DNA of 64,000 nucleotides from Escherichia coli (GTDB lineage Bacteria; Pseudomonadota; Gammaproteobacteria; Enterobacterales; Enterobacteriaceae): NCBI RefSeq assembly GCF_051903065.1, contig NZ_CP178438.1; one strand, 5' to 3'. Shown piece by piece: positions 55,269 to 64,000 of this stretch (position 1 is its first letter; each line of letters starts with the position of its first letter). The notes under the pieces were generated by a model. It saw only the letters and a program-made list of their open reading frames with translations, ran no database searches and was not told where the DNA came from. The position numbers and the translations under genes were made by a program.

Positions 55269-56036
55269 CTACAACCTAAACTCATCCGCATCCCGCCATG
55301 CCGGAAACTTATCGCGATATTCCCTTAACACCGCCATCGACAGCTCCGCATCAATGCGCGTTGCCTGATGCGCGTCGGCAGTAGCGATAATCTCGCCCTG
55401 TGGATTAATCACCCGGCTGTCACCGCGATAATGGCAGCCGTTGCCATCGCTGCCGACGCGATTGCATCCCGCCACATACGCCTGATTCTCAATCGCGCGG
55501 GCCGTCAGCAATGCCTGCCAGTGCAGAGAGCGCGGAGCAGGCCAGTTGGCAACGTAGATGGCGAGGTCATAATCGTTGAGATTGCGCGACCACACCGGAA
55601 AACGTAAGTCGTAGCACACCAACGGCAAAATACGCCAGCCGCGCCATTCCACAATCACTCGCGCATTGCCCGCTTTATAATGCAGATGCTCATCTGCCAT
55701 GCGGAACAGATGACGCTTATCATAAAAATGTACCGTGCCGCCCGGCTCAACCAGCAAAAAGCGGTTAACCGAACCAGACTCCGTTTGTAATGCAACACTG
55801 CCTGCAATCAGCGCATTGCACTGCTGCGCTTTGGCTGTCATCCAGTTCACTACGTCATCTTGTGCTAGCGACGAAGCAGCCGCTTCCATGGCAAAGCCGC
55901 TGGTAAACATCTCCGGTAGAACGATCACATCGCGCCCGGTAATACCTTCCAGTTGACGATCAAAATGACGCAGGTTGGCAGGGCCATCCATCCACACCAG
56001 TGGTTGCTGCAAAAGCGTAATCTTCAAACCAGGCAC
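55269..56036 (-). CDS. yafV: Omega-amidase / nitrilase-family hydrolase YafV (GTG start)
   Basis: ORF 55269..56045; carbon-nitrogen hydrolase fold with catalytic Cys region [12 protein letters not shown]. Confidence 0.85.
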   Translation of the reverse strand: MPGLKITLLQQPLVWMDGPANLRHFDRQLEGITGRDVIVLPEMFTSGFAMEAAASSLAQDDVVNWMTAKAQQCNALIAGSVALQTESGSVNRFLLVEPGGTVHFYDKRHLFRMADEHLHYKAGNARVIVEWRGWRILPLVCYDLRFPVWSRNLNDYDLAIYVANWPAPRSLHWQALLTARAIENQAYVAGCNRVGSDGNGCHYRGDSRVINPQGEIIATADAHQATRIDAELSMAVLREYRDKFPAWRDADEFRL

Positions 56037-56189
56037 GGTGTACAACTCCTTTATGCGAAGGGTTTTATAACTTTAACACCTTATCAGGCAGTTGCCTTAG
56101 CGCAGAATAAATTGATAACAAATGCTGATATTGGAAATATCTGATTTGCAAATTATCGTGTTATCGCCAGGCTTTAGGAGGTTAATAAC

Positions 56190-56663
56190 ATGGGCAGGAT
56201 AAGCTCGGGAGGAATGATGTTTAAGGCAATAACGACAGTCGCCGCTCTGGTCATCGCCACCAGTGCAATGGCGCAGGATGATTTAACCATTAGTAGCCTT
56301 GCAAAGGGCGAAACCACCAAAGCTGCGTTTAATCAGATGGTGCAAGGGCATAAGCTGCCTGCCTGGGTGATGAAAGGCGGTACTTATACCCCTGCACAAA
56401 CCGTAACGTTGGGAGATGAGACGTATCAGGTGATGAGCGCGTGCAAACCGCATGACTGTGGCTCGCAACGTATCGCTGTGATGTGGTCCGAGAAATCTAA
56501 TCAGATGACGGGGCTGTTCTCGACTATTGATGAGAAAACGTCGCAAGAGAAACTCACCTGGTTGAATGTGAACGATGCGCTTTCGATTGATGGTAAAACG
56601 GTGCTGTTCGCGGCGTTGACCGGCAGCCTGGAAAACCATCCGGATGGCTTTAATTTTAAATAA
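56190..56663 (+). CDS. ivy: Inhibitor of vertebrate lysozyme (periplasmic)
   Basis: 157-aa ORF with signal peptide and CKPHDCG loop motif. Confidence 0.9.
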   Translation: MGRISSGGMMFKAITTVAALVIATSAMAQDDLTISSLAKGETTKAAFNQMVQGHKLPAWVMKGGTYTPAQTVTLGDETYQVMSACKPHDCGSQRIAVMWSEKSNQMTGLFSTIDEKTSQEKLTWLNVNDALSIDGKTVLFAALTGSLENHPDGFNFK

Positions 56664-56705
56664 TTAGCGGATAAAGAAACGGAGCCTTTCGGCTCCGTTA
56701 TTCAA

Positions 56706-59150
56706 TTACGCGGCTTCAACTTTCCGCACTTTCTCCGGCAACTTTACCGGCTTCGTCGCCAGCTCTTCCGGATCAAAGTCATCAACGTTAATACTGCGCA
56801 GACGGCTTTCTTCCGCTTTCACCAGAATAGCGGCTTCATCTTTATCAATCAGCCCCTTCGCCAGCGCGTTGTGCGCCAGTTCATCCAGACGGGTAAATGG
56901 CAGATTTTTACCCAGCTCTTTACAGATCCGCTGATGAATCGGGTCGGCGGCAATCACATCCACCAACGCCTCTTCCAGTAAACCAACCGGGTTATGCTCG
57001 CTTGGCGTCAGGTACTGACCGCGACCAATACGTGAACGAGTGGCGTTCGGCACTTGTAAAATCTTCGCCACTTTATGATCCAGCTTGTCAGACGGTGCCA
57101 GATAATGACGTCCGGTCGGGAAGATCACCACATTCAGCAGCCCGGCAACCACGCGGTTCGGGAAGTTTTGCAGTAAATCGTCCATCGCCTGTTCTGCCTG
57201 ATACAGCGCATCCTGTACGCCCCAGTGCACCAGCGGCAGATCGGCTTCATTACGGCCTTCGTCGTCATAACGCTTCAGAACGGCAGAGGCGAGGTAAAGC
57301 TGGCTTAAAATATCACCCAGACGTGCCGAGATACGCTCACGACGTTTCAGGCTGCCGCCCAGCACTGCCATCGAGACATCAGAAAGCAGGGCGAGGTTGG
57401 CGCTCAGGCGGTTCAGGTGCTGATAGTAGCGTTTAGTGGCATCGCCGGTTGGCGTGCTGCTGGTTAAACCGCGCGTCAGGCCCAGCCAGAAGCTGCGAAC
57501 TTTGTTGCTACCGACGTGACCGATATGTTTGAACAACAGTTTATCGAACGCGTTGACGTCATTGTTCTTCGCCGCTTCCATCTCTTCCAGCACGTACGGA
57601 TGGCAACGAATCGCTCCTTGTCCGAAGATCATCATGCTGCGGGTCAGAATGTTAGCCCCTTCAACGGTGATGGCAATCGGTGCGCCCTGGTAAGCACGCG
57701 CCAGGAAGTTGCTTTGCCCGAGCATAATGCCTTTACCGCCGGTAATATCCATCGCATCAATAATCGACTGCTGCCCGCGGTGGGTACAGTGATACTTAAC
57801 GATAGCCGACAGCACGGCAGGTTTTTCGCCGAGCATAATGCCGTAGGTAATCAGCGATGCCGCAGCATCCATTACATAAGCGTTCCCGGCAATACGCGCC
57901 AGCGGCTCTTCAATCCCTTCCATCTTACCGATAGAGATTTTGAACTGACGGCGAATGTGAGCATACGCGCCCGTTGCCAGCGCTACCGATTTCACGCCGC
58001 CGGTTGAGTTGGAAGGCAGGGTGATGCCGCGGCCTACCGAGAGGCACTCCACCAGCATCCGCCAGCCTTGCCCGGCCATTTTGGGTCCGCCGATGATGTA
58101 ATCGATCGGTACGAAGACATCTTTACCGCGCGTCGGTCCGTTCTGGAAAGGTACGTTCAGCGGGAAGTGGCGACGACCAATTTCCACGCCCGGCGTGGTG
58201 GTCGGGATCAGCGCACAGGTAATACCTAAATCTTCTGCACCACCCAGCAATTTTTCCGGGTCGGAGAGTTTAAACGCCAGACCAAGCACGGTCGCAATCG
58301 GTGCCAGCGTAATGTAGCGTTTGTTCCAGGTCAGACGCATCCCCAGCACCTGCTGGCCCTGCCATTCACCCATGCAGACAATCCCGGTATCCGGGATAGC
58401 GCCCGCATCGGAACCCGCTTCCGGGCTGGTTAGTGCAAAGCAAGGGATTTCCTGACCACGCGCCAGACGCGGCAGATAGTGATCTTTCTGCTCGTCAGTG
58501 CCGTAATGTTGCAGCAGCTCGCCCGGGCCTAATGAGTTCGGCACGCCGACGGTAATCGCCAGGATCCCGCTCACGCCGGAGAGTTTTTGCAGCACGCGAG
58601 ACTGGGCATAAGCCGAGAACTCCAGCCCGCCGTACTCTTTTTTGATGATCATCGCGAAGAAACGATGCTCTTTAAGGTACGCCCACAACTCCGGCGGCAG
58701 ATCCGCCAGCTCATGAGTAATCTGGAAATCATTCGCCATCCGGCAGGCTTCTTCTACCGGGCCGTCGAGAAACGCTTGCTCTTCAGCGGTCAGGCGCGGC
58801 TGCGGATAGTTATGCAGCTTTTTCCAGTCCGGCTTGCCCTGGAACAAGTCGCCCTCCCACCAGGTGGTGCCCGCATCAATCGCTTCTTTCTCAGTGCGCG
58901 ACATCGGCGGCATCACCTTACGGAAACCGCGAAATACCGGCGCGGAAATCATCGACTTACGCATAGGCGCAAAGTTAAATGGCACGAGGATAATGGCCAG
59001 AGGCACCAGTACCCACACCGACCACAGACCAGCAACGCCGAGGGCGGCTGTCCAGGCGAGCAAAATCAGACTGCTGATAAATAAGCTCACGCGGTGATAG
59101 AACAACGCGCCGAGCAGGACAACCGTAGCGAGAATACTCAAAATCATCAT
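56706..59150 (-). CDS. fadE: Acyl-CoA dehydrogenase FadE (814 aa); ORF-track start 59228 is an extension
   Basis: Protein begins [21 protein letters not shown]. Confidence 0.9.
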   Translation of the reverse strand: MMILSILATVVLLGALFYHRVSLFISSLILLAWTAALGVAGLWSVWVLVPLAIILVPFNFAPMRKSMISAPVFRGFRKVMPPMSRTEKEAIDAGTTWWEGDLFQGKPDWKKLHNYPQPRLTAEEQAFLDGPVEEACRMANDFQITHELADLPPELWAYLKEHRFFAMIIKKEYGGLEFSAYAQSRVLQKLSGVSGILAITVGVPNSLGPGELLQHYGTDEQKDHYLPRLARGQEIPCFALTSPEAGSDAGAIPDTGIVCMGEWQGQQVLGMRLTWNKRYITLAPIATVLGLAFKLSDPEKLLGGAEDLGITCALIPTTTPGVEIGRRHFPLNVPFQNGPTRGKDVFVPIDYIIGGPKMAGQGWRMLVECLSVGRGITLPSNSTGGVKSVALATGAYAHIRRQFKISIGKMEGIEEPLARIAGNAYVMDAAASLITYGIMLGEKPAVLSAIVKYHCTHRGQQSIIDAMDITGGKGIMLGQSNFLARAYQGAPIAITVEGANILTRSMMIFGQGAIRCHPYVLEEMEAAKNNDVNAFDKLLFKHIGHVGSNKVRSFWLGLTRGLTSSTPTGDATKRYYQHLNRLSANLALLSDVSMAVLGGSLKRRERISARLGDILSQLYLASAVLKRYDDEGRNEADLPLVHWGVQDALYQAEQAMDDLLQNFPNRVVAGLLNVVIFPTGRHYLAPSDKLDHKVAKILQVPNATRSRIGRGQYLTPSEHNPVGLLEEALVDVIAADPIHQRICKELGKNLPFTRLDELAHNALAKGLIDKDEAAILVKAEESRLRSINVDDFDPEELATKPVKLPEKVRKVEAA

Positions 59151-59389
59151 AACGAAAAGCCCCTTACTTGTAGGAGGTCTGACCACTTGTGATGATATGG
59201 TTGTAGTGGATGTAAAAACATTTAGCAATGTGTTTACAATATAATTACAACAAAGCTCACATTGTTGCTGTTTTTATCCGCACTTCAGGTCAAAAAGTCC
59301 TGGTCATAGCACCGGCCCGTACTTCTCGCTTTTGGCGGTATCCGGTACACTGCATTTTGTCTATTACATTTATGCTGAAGGATATCCTC

Positions 59390-59968
59390 ATGTACCAGGA
59401 TCTTATTCGTAACGAACTGAACGAAGCGGCGGAAACGCTGGCTAACTTTTTAAAAGATGACGCCAATATTCACGCCATTCAGCGCGCGGCGGTCCTGTTA
59501 GCAGACAGCTTTAAAGCCGGTGGCAAAGTGCTTTCCTGCGGCAACGGCGGTTCCCATTGCGACGCTATGCACTTTGCCGAAGAGTTGACCGGTCGCTACC
59601 GTGAAAACCGTCCGGGCTACCCGGCGATTGCTATTTCTGACGTTAGTCATATTTCATGCGTCGGTAACGATTTCGGTTTCAATGATATTTTCTCCCGTTA
59701 CGTTGAAGCGGTAGGTCGCGAAGGCGATGTACTGCTGGGGATCTCCACCTCCGGTAACTCTGCAAACGTGATCAAAGCGATCGCAGCGGCGCGTGAGAAG
59801 GGAATGAAAGTGATCACCCTGACCGGTAAAGACGGCGGCAAAATGGCTGGCACGGCGGATATCGAAATTCGCGTACCGCACTTTGGTTATGCCGACCGCA
59901 TTCAGGAGATTCACATTAAAGTGATCCATATCCTGATCCAGTTGATTGAAAAAGAGATGGTTAAGTAA
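59390..59968 (+). CDS. gmhA: Sedoheptulose 7-phosphate isomerase (192 aa); ORF-track start 59228 is an extension
   Basis: Begins [23 protein letters not shown] domain. Confidence 0.9.
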
Positions 59969-59971
59969 GTC

Positions 59972-60112
59972 TGGCGTAGGCCGGATAAGACGTTTACGCC
60001 GCATCCGGCAATTGTGCACCGATGCCTGATGCGACGCTGACGCGTCTTATCATGCCTACAAATCTGTACGCGAACCGTAGGCCGAATAATGCGTTCACGC
60101 CGCATCCGACCT
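59972..60112. repeat. Cluster of three REP (repetitive extragenic palindromic) units
   Basis: GTAGGCCGGATAAGACG...GCCGCATCCGGCA / GCCTGATGCGACGCTGACGCGTCTTATCATGCCTAC / GTAGGCCGAATAATGCG...GCCGCATCCGAC. Confidence 0.75.
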
Positions 60113-60173
60113 GAAAATTCTTAAATCAATCTTCGCCGGGGGCCATGCGCTCCCGCTGTTGTGGAGGTTACCC

Positions 60174-60941
60174 ATGTGCGAATTGCTCGGGATGAGCGCC
60201 AACGTCCCTACCGATATCTGCTTTAGTTTCACCGGTCTGGTGCAGCGTGGTGGTGGAACCGGGCCACATAAAGATGGCTGGGGCATTACCTTTTACGAAG
60301 GTAAAGGCTGTCGCACATTTAAAGATCCGCAACCCAGCTTTAACTCACCTATCGCCAAACTGGTCCAGGACTACCCGATAAAATCCTGTTCGGTGGTGGC
60401 TCATATTCGCCAGGCTAATCGGGGCGAGGTGGCGCTGGAAAATACTCACCCATTTACCCGCGAGTTATGGGGGCGTAACTGGACTTATGCCCATAACGGA
60501 CAACTGACGGGCTACAAATCACTGGAAACCGGCAACTTCCGCCCGGTAGGCGAAACCGACAGTGAAAAAGCCTTCTGCTGGCTCCTGCATAAATTAACGC
60601 AGCGTTACCCGCGCACACCGGGCAACATGGCGGCGGTATTTAAATATATCGCCTCACTGGCGGATGAACTGCGGCAGAAGGGCGTTTTCAACATGCTGCT
60701 TTCGGACGGGCGCTATGTAATGGCGTATTGCTCGACTAATTTACACTGGATCACCCGCCGCGCGCCGTTTGGCGTGGCAACGTTGCTGGATCAGGATGTG
60801 GAAATCGACTTCAGCTCGCAGACCACACCGAATGATGTGGTCACGGTGATTGCGACACAGCCGCTGACGGGCAATGAAACCTGGCAAAAAATTATGCCAG
60901 GCGAATGGCGCTTATTTTGCCTCGGGGAGCGTGTAGTTTGA
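60174..60941 (+). CDS. yafJ: Class II glutamine amidotransferase YafJ (N-terminal Cys nucleophile)
   Basis: Begins [18 protein letters not shown] track starts 5 codons earlier. Confidence 0.85.
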   Translation: MCELLGMSANVPTDICFSFTGLVQRGGGTGPHKDGWGITFYEGKGCRTFKDPQPSFNSPIAKLVQDYPIKSCSVVAHIRQANRGEVALENTHPFTRELWGRNWTYAHNGQLTGYKSLETGNFRPVGETDSEKAFCWLLHKLTQRYPRTPGNMAAVFKYIASLADELRQKGVFNMLLSDGRYVMAYCSTNLHWITRRAPFGVATLLDQDVEIDFSSQTTPNDVVTVIATQPLTGNETWQKIMPGEWRLFCLGERVV

Positions 60942-61652
60942 TGCCAGCTGTGGTTGCACAACTTCGTGGCTTAACGGCTTGCTGACCACGTAACGACCAT
61001 TGACCACAGAAACGGTCGGTGGCTTACGGGTTTGCTCAAAGTAGTCGTAACCCGGCTTCAGTTGCTCCCAGAAGTCCTTAAAGTTGGAATATTTGTGGCG
61101 CTTCATATTAGCGTCGGTCATGCGGAACGGGTAAATGCTCACTTGCACGCTCGGCTGACCAAATACCAGTGCGCCAGTAACGAACTGGAAAATCTCGTCA
61201 ATGCCCTGATTGGTCATCGCGTAGCAGCCGATGGAAACACAATCGCCGTGGATCATCAGGTATTTCCCTTCATAACCATGCGCACGGTCATAGGCATTGG
61301 GGAAACCAATATTAATCGCTTTGTAGTAACGGCTGTCTGGTTTTAACTGATTACGCTGGACGCTATAAAACCCTTCCGGGCTTTTGAAATCGCCCTGACG
61401 CTGTTTTGGCCCTAAGCCGCCGGAATATTTACAGATTTTATAGCTGTCGAGCAGTTGATATTGCTCGCCCATTTTGACGTAGAGATCGAGCGTACGTTCT
61501 TCCTTGAAGATCTGGATGTAGACAGGGGATCCCATCAACTGCTGCTTATACTCTTTGCTCACTGGCGTGGTCGAGCTACTGCTGCCCAGCAAACCGGCAA
61601 ACGAAACGCACGGGATCAACAACATCGCAAGAATTAATGCGATTTTACGCAT
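60912..61652 (-). CDS. yafK: L,D-transpeptidase-family periplasmic protein YafK
   Basis: 246-aa ORF with signal peptide; catalytic region HGDCVSIGC. Confidence 0.85.
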   Translation of the reverse strand: MRKIALILAMLLIPCVSFAGLLGSSSSTTPVSKEYKQQLMGSPVYIQIFKEERTLDLYVKMGEQYQLLDSYKICKYSGGLGPKQRQGDFKSPEGFYSVQRNQLKPDSRYYKAINIGFPNAYDRAHGYEGKYLMIHGDCVSIGCYAMTNQGIDEIFQFVTGALVFGQPSVQVSIYPFRMTDANMKRHKYSNFKDFWEQLKPGYDYFEQTRKPPTVSVVNGRYVVSKPLSHEVVQPQLASNYTLPEAK

Positions 61653-61807
61653 ACTGCTTATTCCTTGATAAAACGGTTACACACGCCAGGACGGCAAAAT
61701 GGATCCCAAATCGGAATAGTCTGGATTTGGAAGGCTCACATTATCACCAAAAGAGTTTTACGCAAGCCTGTCGGCGCAGGGTTTACAAATTTCATCGGAA
61801 GCGGGCT

Positions 61808-62086
61808 TTACCCAAAGAGCGCCGCGTGAGTTCCAGTTCTCTCAAATCGTAAAAGTTTATCGGTAAGTTTGTAAATCAGGAGCCAGTCCGGTTCGACATG
61901 AGCATCGCGATAACCTTTCCATGAACCTTGCAGCGGGTGGTCTTTATAAACAGCTGGAATCGGTAAAGTATTATTGATAAGAAGCGTCATAAGATATTTC
62001 AATTTATTCATATCCTTATGACGCTTTTGTGCAAGTTTTACATCCTTTGAAAATTGTCCCGAGTATTCAATATCCCTTTGAATCAT
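61808..62086 (-). CDS. yafQ: YafQ mRNA interferase toxin (RelE/ParE superfamily)
   Basis: 92-aa ORF directly after dinJ. Confidence 0.85.
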   Translation of the reverse strand: MIQRDIEYSGQFSKDVKLAQKRHKDMNKLKYLMTLLINNTLPIPAVYKDHPLQGSWKGYRDAHVEPDWLLIYKLTDKLLRFERTGTHAALFG

Positions 62087-62088
62087 AT

Positions 62089-62349
62089 TTAAATTCCTAA
62101 TTTATCAAATAAATCATCGGCGTCTTTGGCCTTATGAACATCAACGCCAGCTTCGCTGTTTTTGATTGATTGAATGGTTAATTGATTAGGCTCGCGTAAA
62201 TCAAACGGCAATGCCTTTTCACGCGCGACCTTTGTGAGGGTTATGCGAACCAGGTCAGAGATGGTCAGCCCCATCCCGGCCAGTACGTCCGCCGCCTGAT
62301 TCTTCAGATCTTCATCGATTCGGGCGCGAACAAACGCGTTAGCAGCCAT
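62089..62349 (-). CDS. dinJ: DinJ antitoxin
   Basis: 86-aa ORF starting MAANAFVRARIDEDLKNQAADVLAGMGLTISDLVRI. Confidence 0.85.
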   Translation of the reverse strand: MAANAFVRARIDEDLKNQAADVLAGMGLTISDLVRITLTKVAREKALPFDLREPNQLTIQSIKNSEAGVDVHKAKDADDLFDKLGI

Positions 62350-62558
62350 TGGGGTATCTCCTGTGCTGTATATTTATTCAGCTTGAATTGTAGCTCAAAT
62401 GAGCAACAGCGACAATCTATGAGTAATTTAATAAACGGATGTTTTTACATAATTAACTGAAATATATTTATTAATTTTATAATAATGGTTTATTAAGTTT
62501 GTTCAGGTACGGGCCGGGATACACTGTAACATCAATGCATGACCAGCCATTATTCAAT

Positions 62559-63308
62559 ATGTCCTTGCCATCGATTCCATCCTTTGTATTGTCGGGATTA
62601 CTGTTGATTTGTTTGCCGTTTTCTTCATTTGCCAGCGCCACCACATCACATATCTCTTTCAGCTACGCCGCCCGCCAGCGGATGCAAAACCGTGCGCGTT
62701 TATTAAAACAGTACCAAACCCATCTGAAAAAGCAGGCCAGCTATATTGTGGAAGGCAATGCCGAAAGCAGAAGGGCGCTGCGCCAGCACAACCGCGAACA
62801 GATAAAACAGCATCCAGAATGGTTTCCTGCGCCGCTCAAGGCGAGTGACAGACGCTGGCAGGCGCTGGCGGAAAACAACCACTTTTTAAGCAGCGACCAT
62901 TTGCATAACATTACCGAAGTGGCGATTCACCGCCTGGAGCAGCAGCTTGGCAAGCCTTACGTCTGGGGCGGCACGCGGCCTGATAAAGGCTTTGACTGTA
63001 GCGGGTTGGTTTTTTATGCCTACAACAAGATCCTCGAGGCGAAGCTCCCGCGTACGGCTAATGAGATGTATCACTACCATCGGGCAACGATTGTGGCGAA
63101 TAACGACCTGCGCCGGGGAGATTTGCTGTTTTTCCATATCCACAGCCGCGAGATTGCCGACCATATGGGGGTGTATCTGGGCGATGGGCAATTTATCGAG
63201 TCGCCGCGTACGGGGGAAACCATTCGGGTAAGCCAGTTAGCAGAACCTTTCTGGCAGGATCATTTTTTAGGCGCGCGCCGGATTTTGACGGAAGAGACGA
63301 TTTTGTAG
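62559..63308 (+). CDS. yafL: NlpC/P60-family lipoprotein YafL; start at second Met of ORF 62499..63308
   Basis: Start MSLPSIPSFVLSGLLLICL; catalytic Cys context GFDCSGLVFYAY. Confidence 0.8.
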   Translation: MSLPSIPSFVLSGLLLICLPFSSFASATTSHISFSYAARQRMQNRARLLKQYQTHLKKQASYIVEGNAESRRALRQHNREQIKQHPEWFPAPLKASDRRWQALAENNHFLSSDHLHNITEVAIHRLEQQLGKPYVWGGTRPDKGFDCSGLVFYAYNKILEAKLPRTANEMYHYHRATIVANNDLRRGDLLFFHIHSREIADHMGVYLGDGQFIESPRTGETIRVSQLAEPFWQDHFLGARRILTEETIL

Positions 63309-63388
63309 GACGGATAAGGCATTCACGCCGCATCCGGCAGTTGTACGCAGGTGCCTGATGCGACGCTGGCGCGTCTTATCATGCCTAC
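63309..63388. repeat. Two REP units upstream of rayT
   Basis: GGACGGATAAGGCATTCACGCCGCATCCGGCA and GCCTGATGCGACGCTGGCGCGTCTTATCATGCCTAC. Confidence 0.75.
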
Positions 63389-63483
63389 GAGCCCGCGAAT
63401 ATTTGCGAGCCGCTTTCCCGATATAAAACAACCTCATTGCCAACCTTTCCTTTTCTTCTTACCGTTGAGAAAAAGGAGTCGCT

Positions 63484-63981
63484 ATGTCTGAATATCGTCG
63501 TTATTACCTCAAGGGGGGAAGCTGGTTTTTCACGGTGAATTTACGGAATCGTCGAAGCCAACTTTTGACTACCCAGTACCAGACGCTCCGTAACGCCATT
63601 ATTAAAGTTAAGCGAGCCAGACCTTTTGAAATTAATGCCTGGGTAGTTTTGCCGGAGCATATGCATTGCATATGGACATTACCCGAAAGCGATGATGATT
63701 TTTCCTCCCGCTGGCGGGAGATTAAAAAGCAGTTCACCCATGCTTGCGGATTGAAAAATATCTGGCAACCGCGTTTTTGGGAGCACGCCATTCGCAATAC
63801 CACAGATTATCGCCATCATGTTGATTATATTTATATAAATCCAGTGAAACATGGCTGGGTAAAGCAGGTGAGAGATTGGCCATTCTCAACGTTCCATCGC
63901 GATGTCGCGCGAGGGTTATATCCCATCAATTGGGCGGGAGACATAACGGATTTGAGCGCTGGGGAGCGTATCATTTTATAA
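63484..63981 (+). CDS. rayT: REP-associated tyrosine transposase RayT (YafM)
   Basis: 165-aa ORF; adjacent REP units. Confidence 0.8.
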   Translation: MSEYRRYYLKGGSWFFTVNLRNRRSQLLTTQYQTLRNAIIKVKRARPFEINAWVVLPEHMHCIWTLPESDDDFSSRWREIKKQFTHACGLKNIWQPRFWEHAIRNTTDYRHHVDYIYINPVKHGWVKQVRDWPFSTFHRDVARGLYPINWAGDITDLSAGERIIL

Positions 63982-64000
63982 TTTTGCGCTGGTGCCGGAT

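Overview
This is an E. coli-type chromosomal window with a conserved backbone interrupted by a roughly 33 kb type VI secretion (T6SS) island after tRNA-Asp (aspV) and yafT. Backbone, left to right: yaeF (partial), proS, trmO, rcsF, metQIN, gmhB, a complete rrn operon (16S, tRNA-Ile, tRNA-Ala, 23S, 5S, tRNA-Asp), dkgB, yafC, yafD, yafE, mltD, gloB, yafS, rnhA, dnaQ, aspV, yafT; and after the island yafV, ivy, fadE, gmhA, yafJ, yafK, yafQ-dinJ, yafL, rayT. The island carries a full T6SS core set on the minus strand (tssB, tssC, tssE, tssF, tssG, tagH, tssJ, tssK, tssL, clpV, vasI-like, tssA, tssM, vasL-like, hcp). An IS903-like element with intact 9-bp target duplication sits between tssB and a plus-strand hcp-vgrG unit. 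The most interesting part is the cargo downstream of vgrG: an AT-rich gene overlapping the vgrG stop that encodes a 267-aa HExxH-motif protein, followed by a signal-peptide protein (a candidate, apparently uncharacterised effector/immunity pair). Beyond it lie an orphan vgrG 3' fragment, a DUF4123-type adaptor, a lipoprotein flanked by 28-bp direct repeats, a Tle1-like phospholipase whose 5' end is frameshifted at a C6 tract, and degenerate H-repeat transposase remnants bracketing two unassigned ORFs. The plus-strand hcp has no canonical start codon (ATT after an in-frame TAA, with a good Shine-Dalgarno). All calls are from reading the sequence and the ORF track; family names are from memory of motifs, not from database searches.
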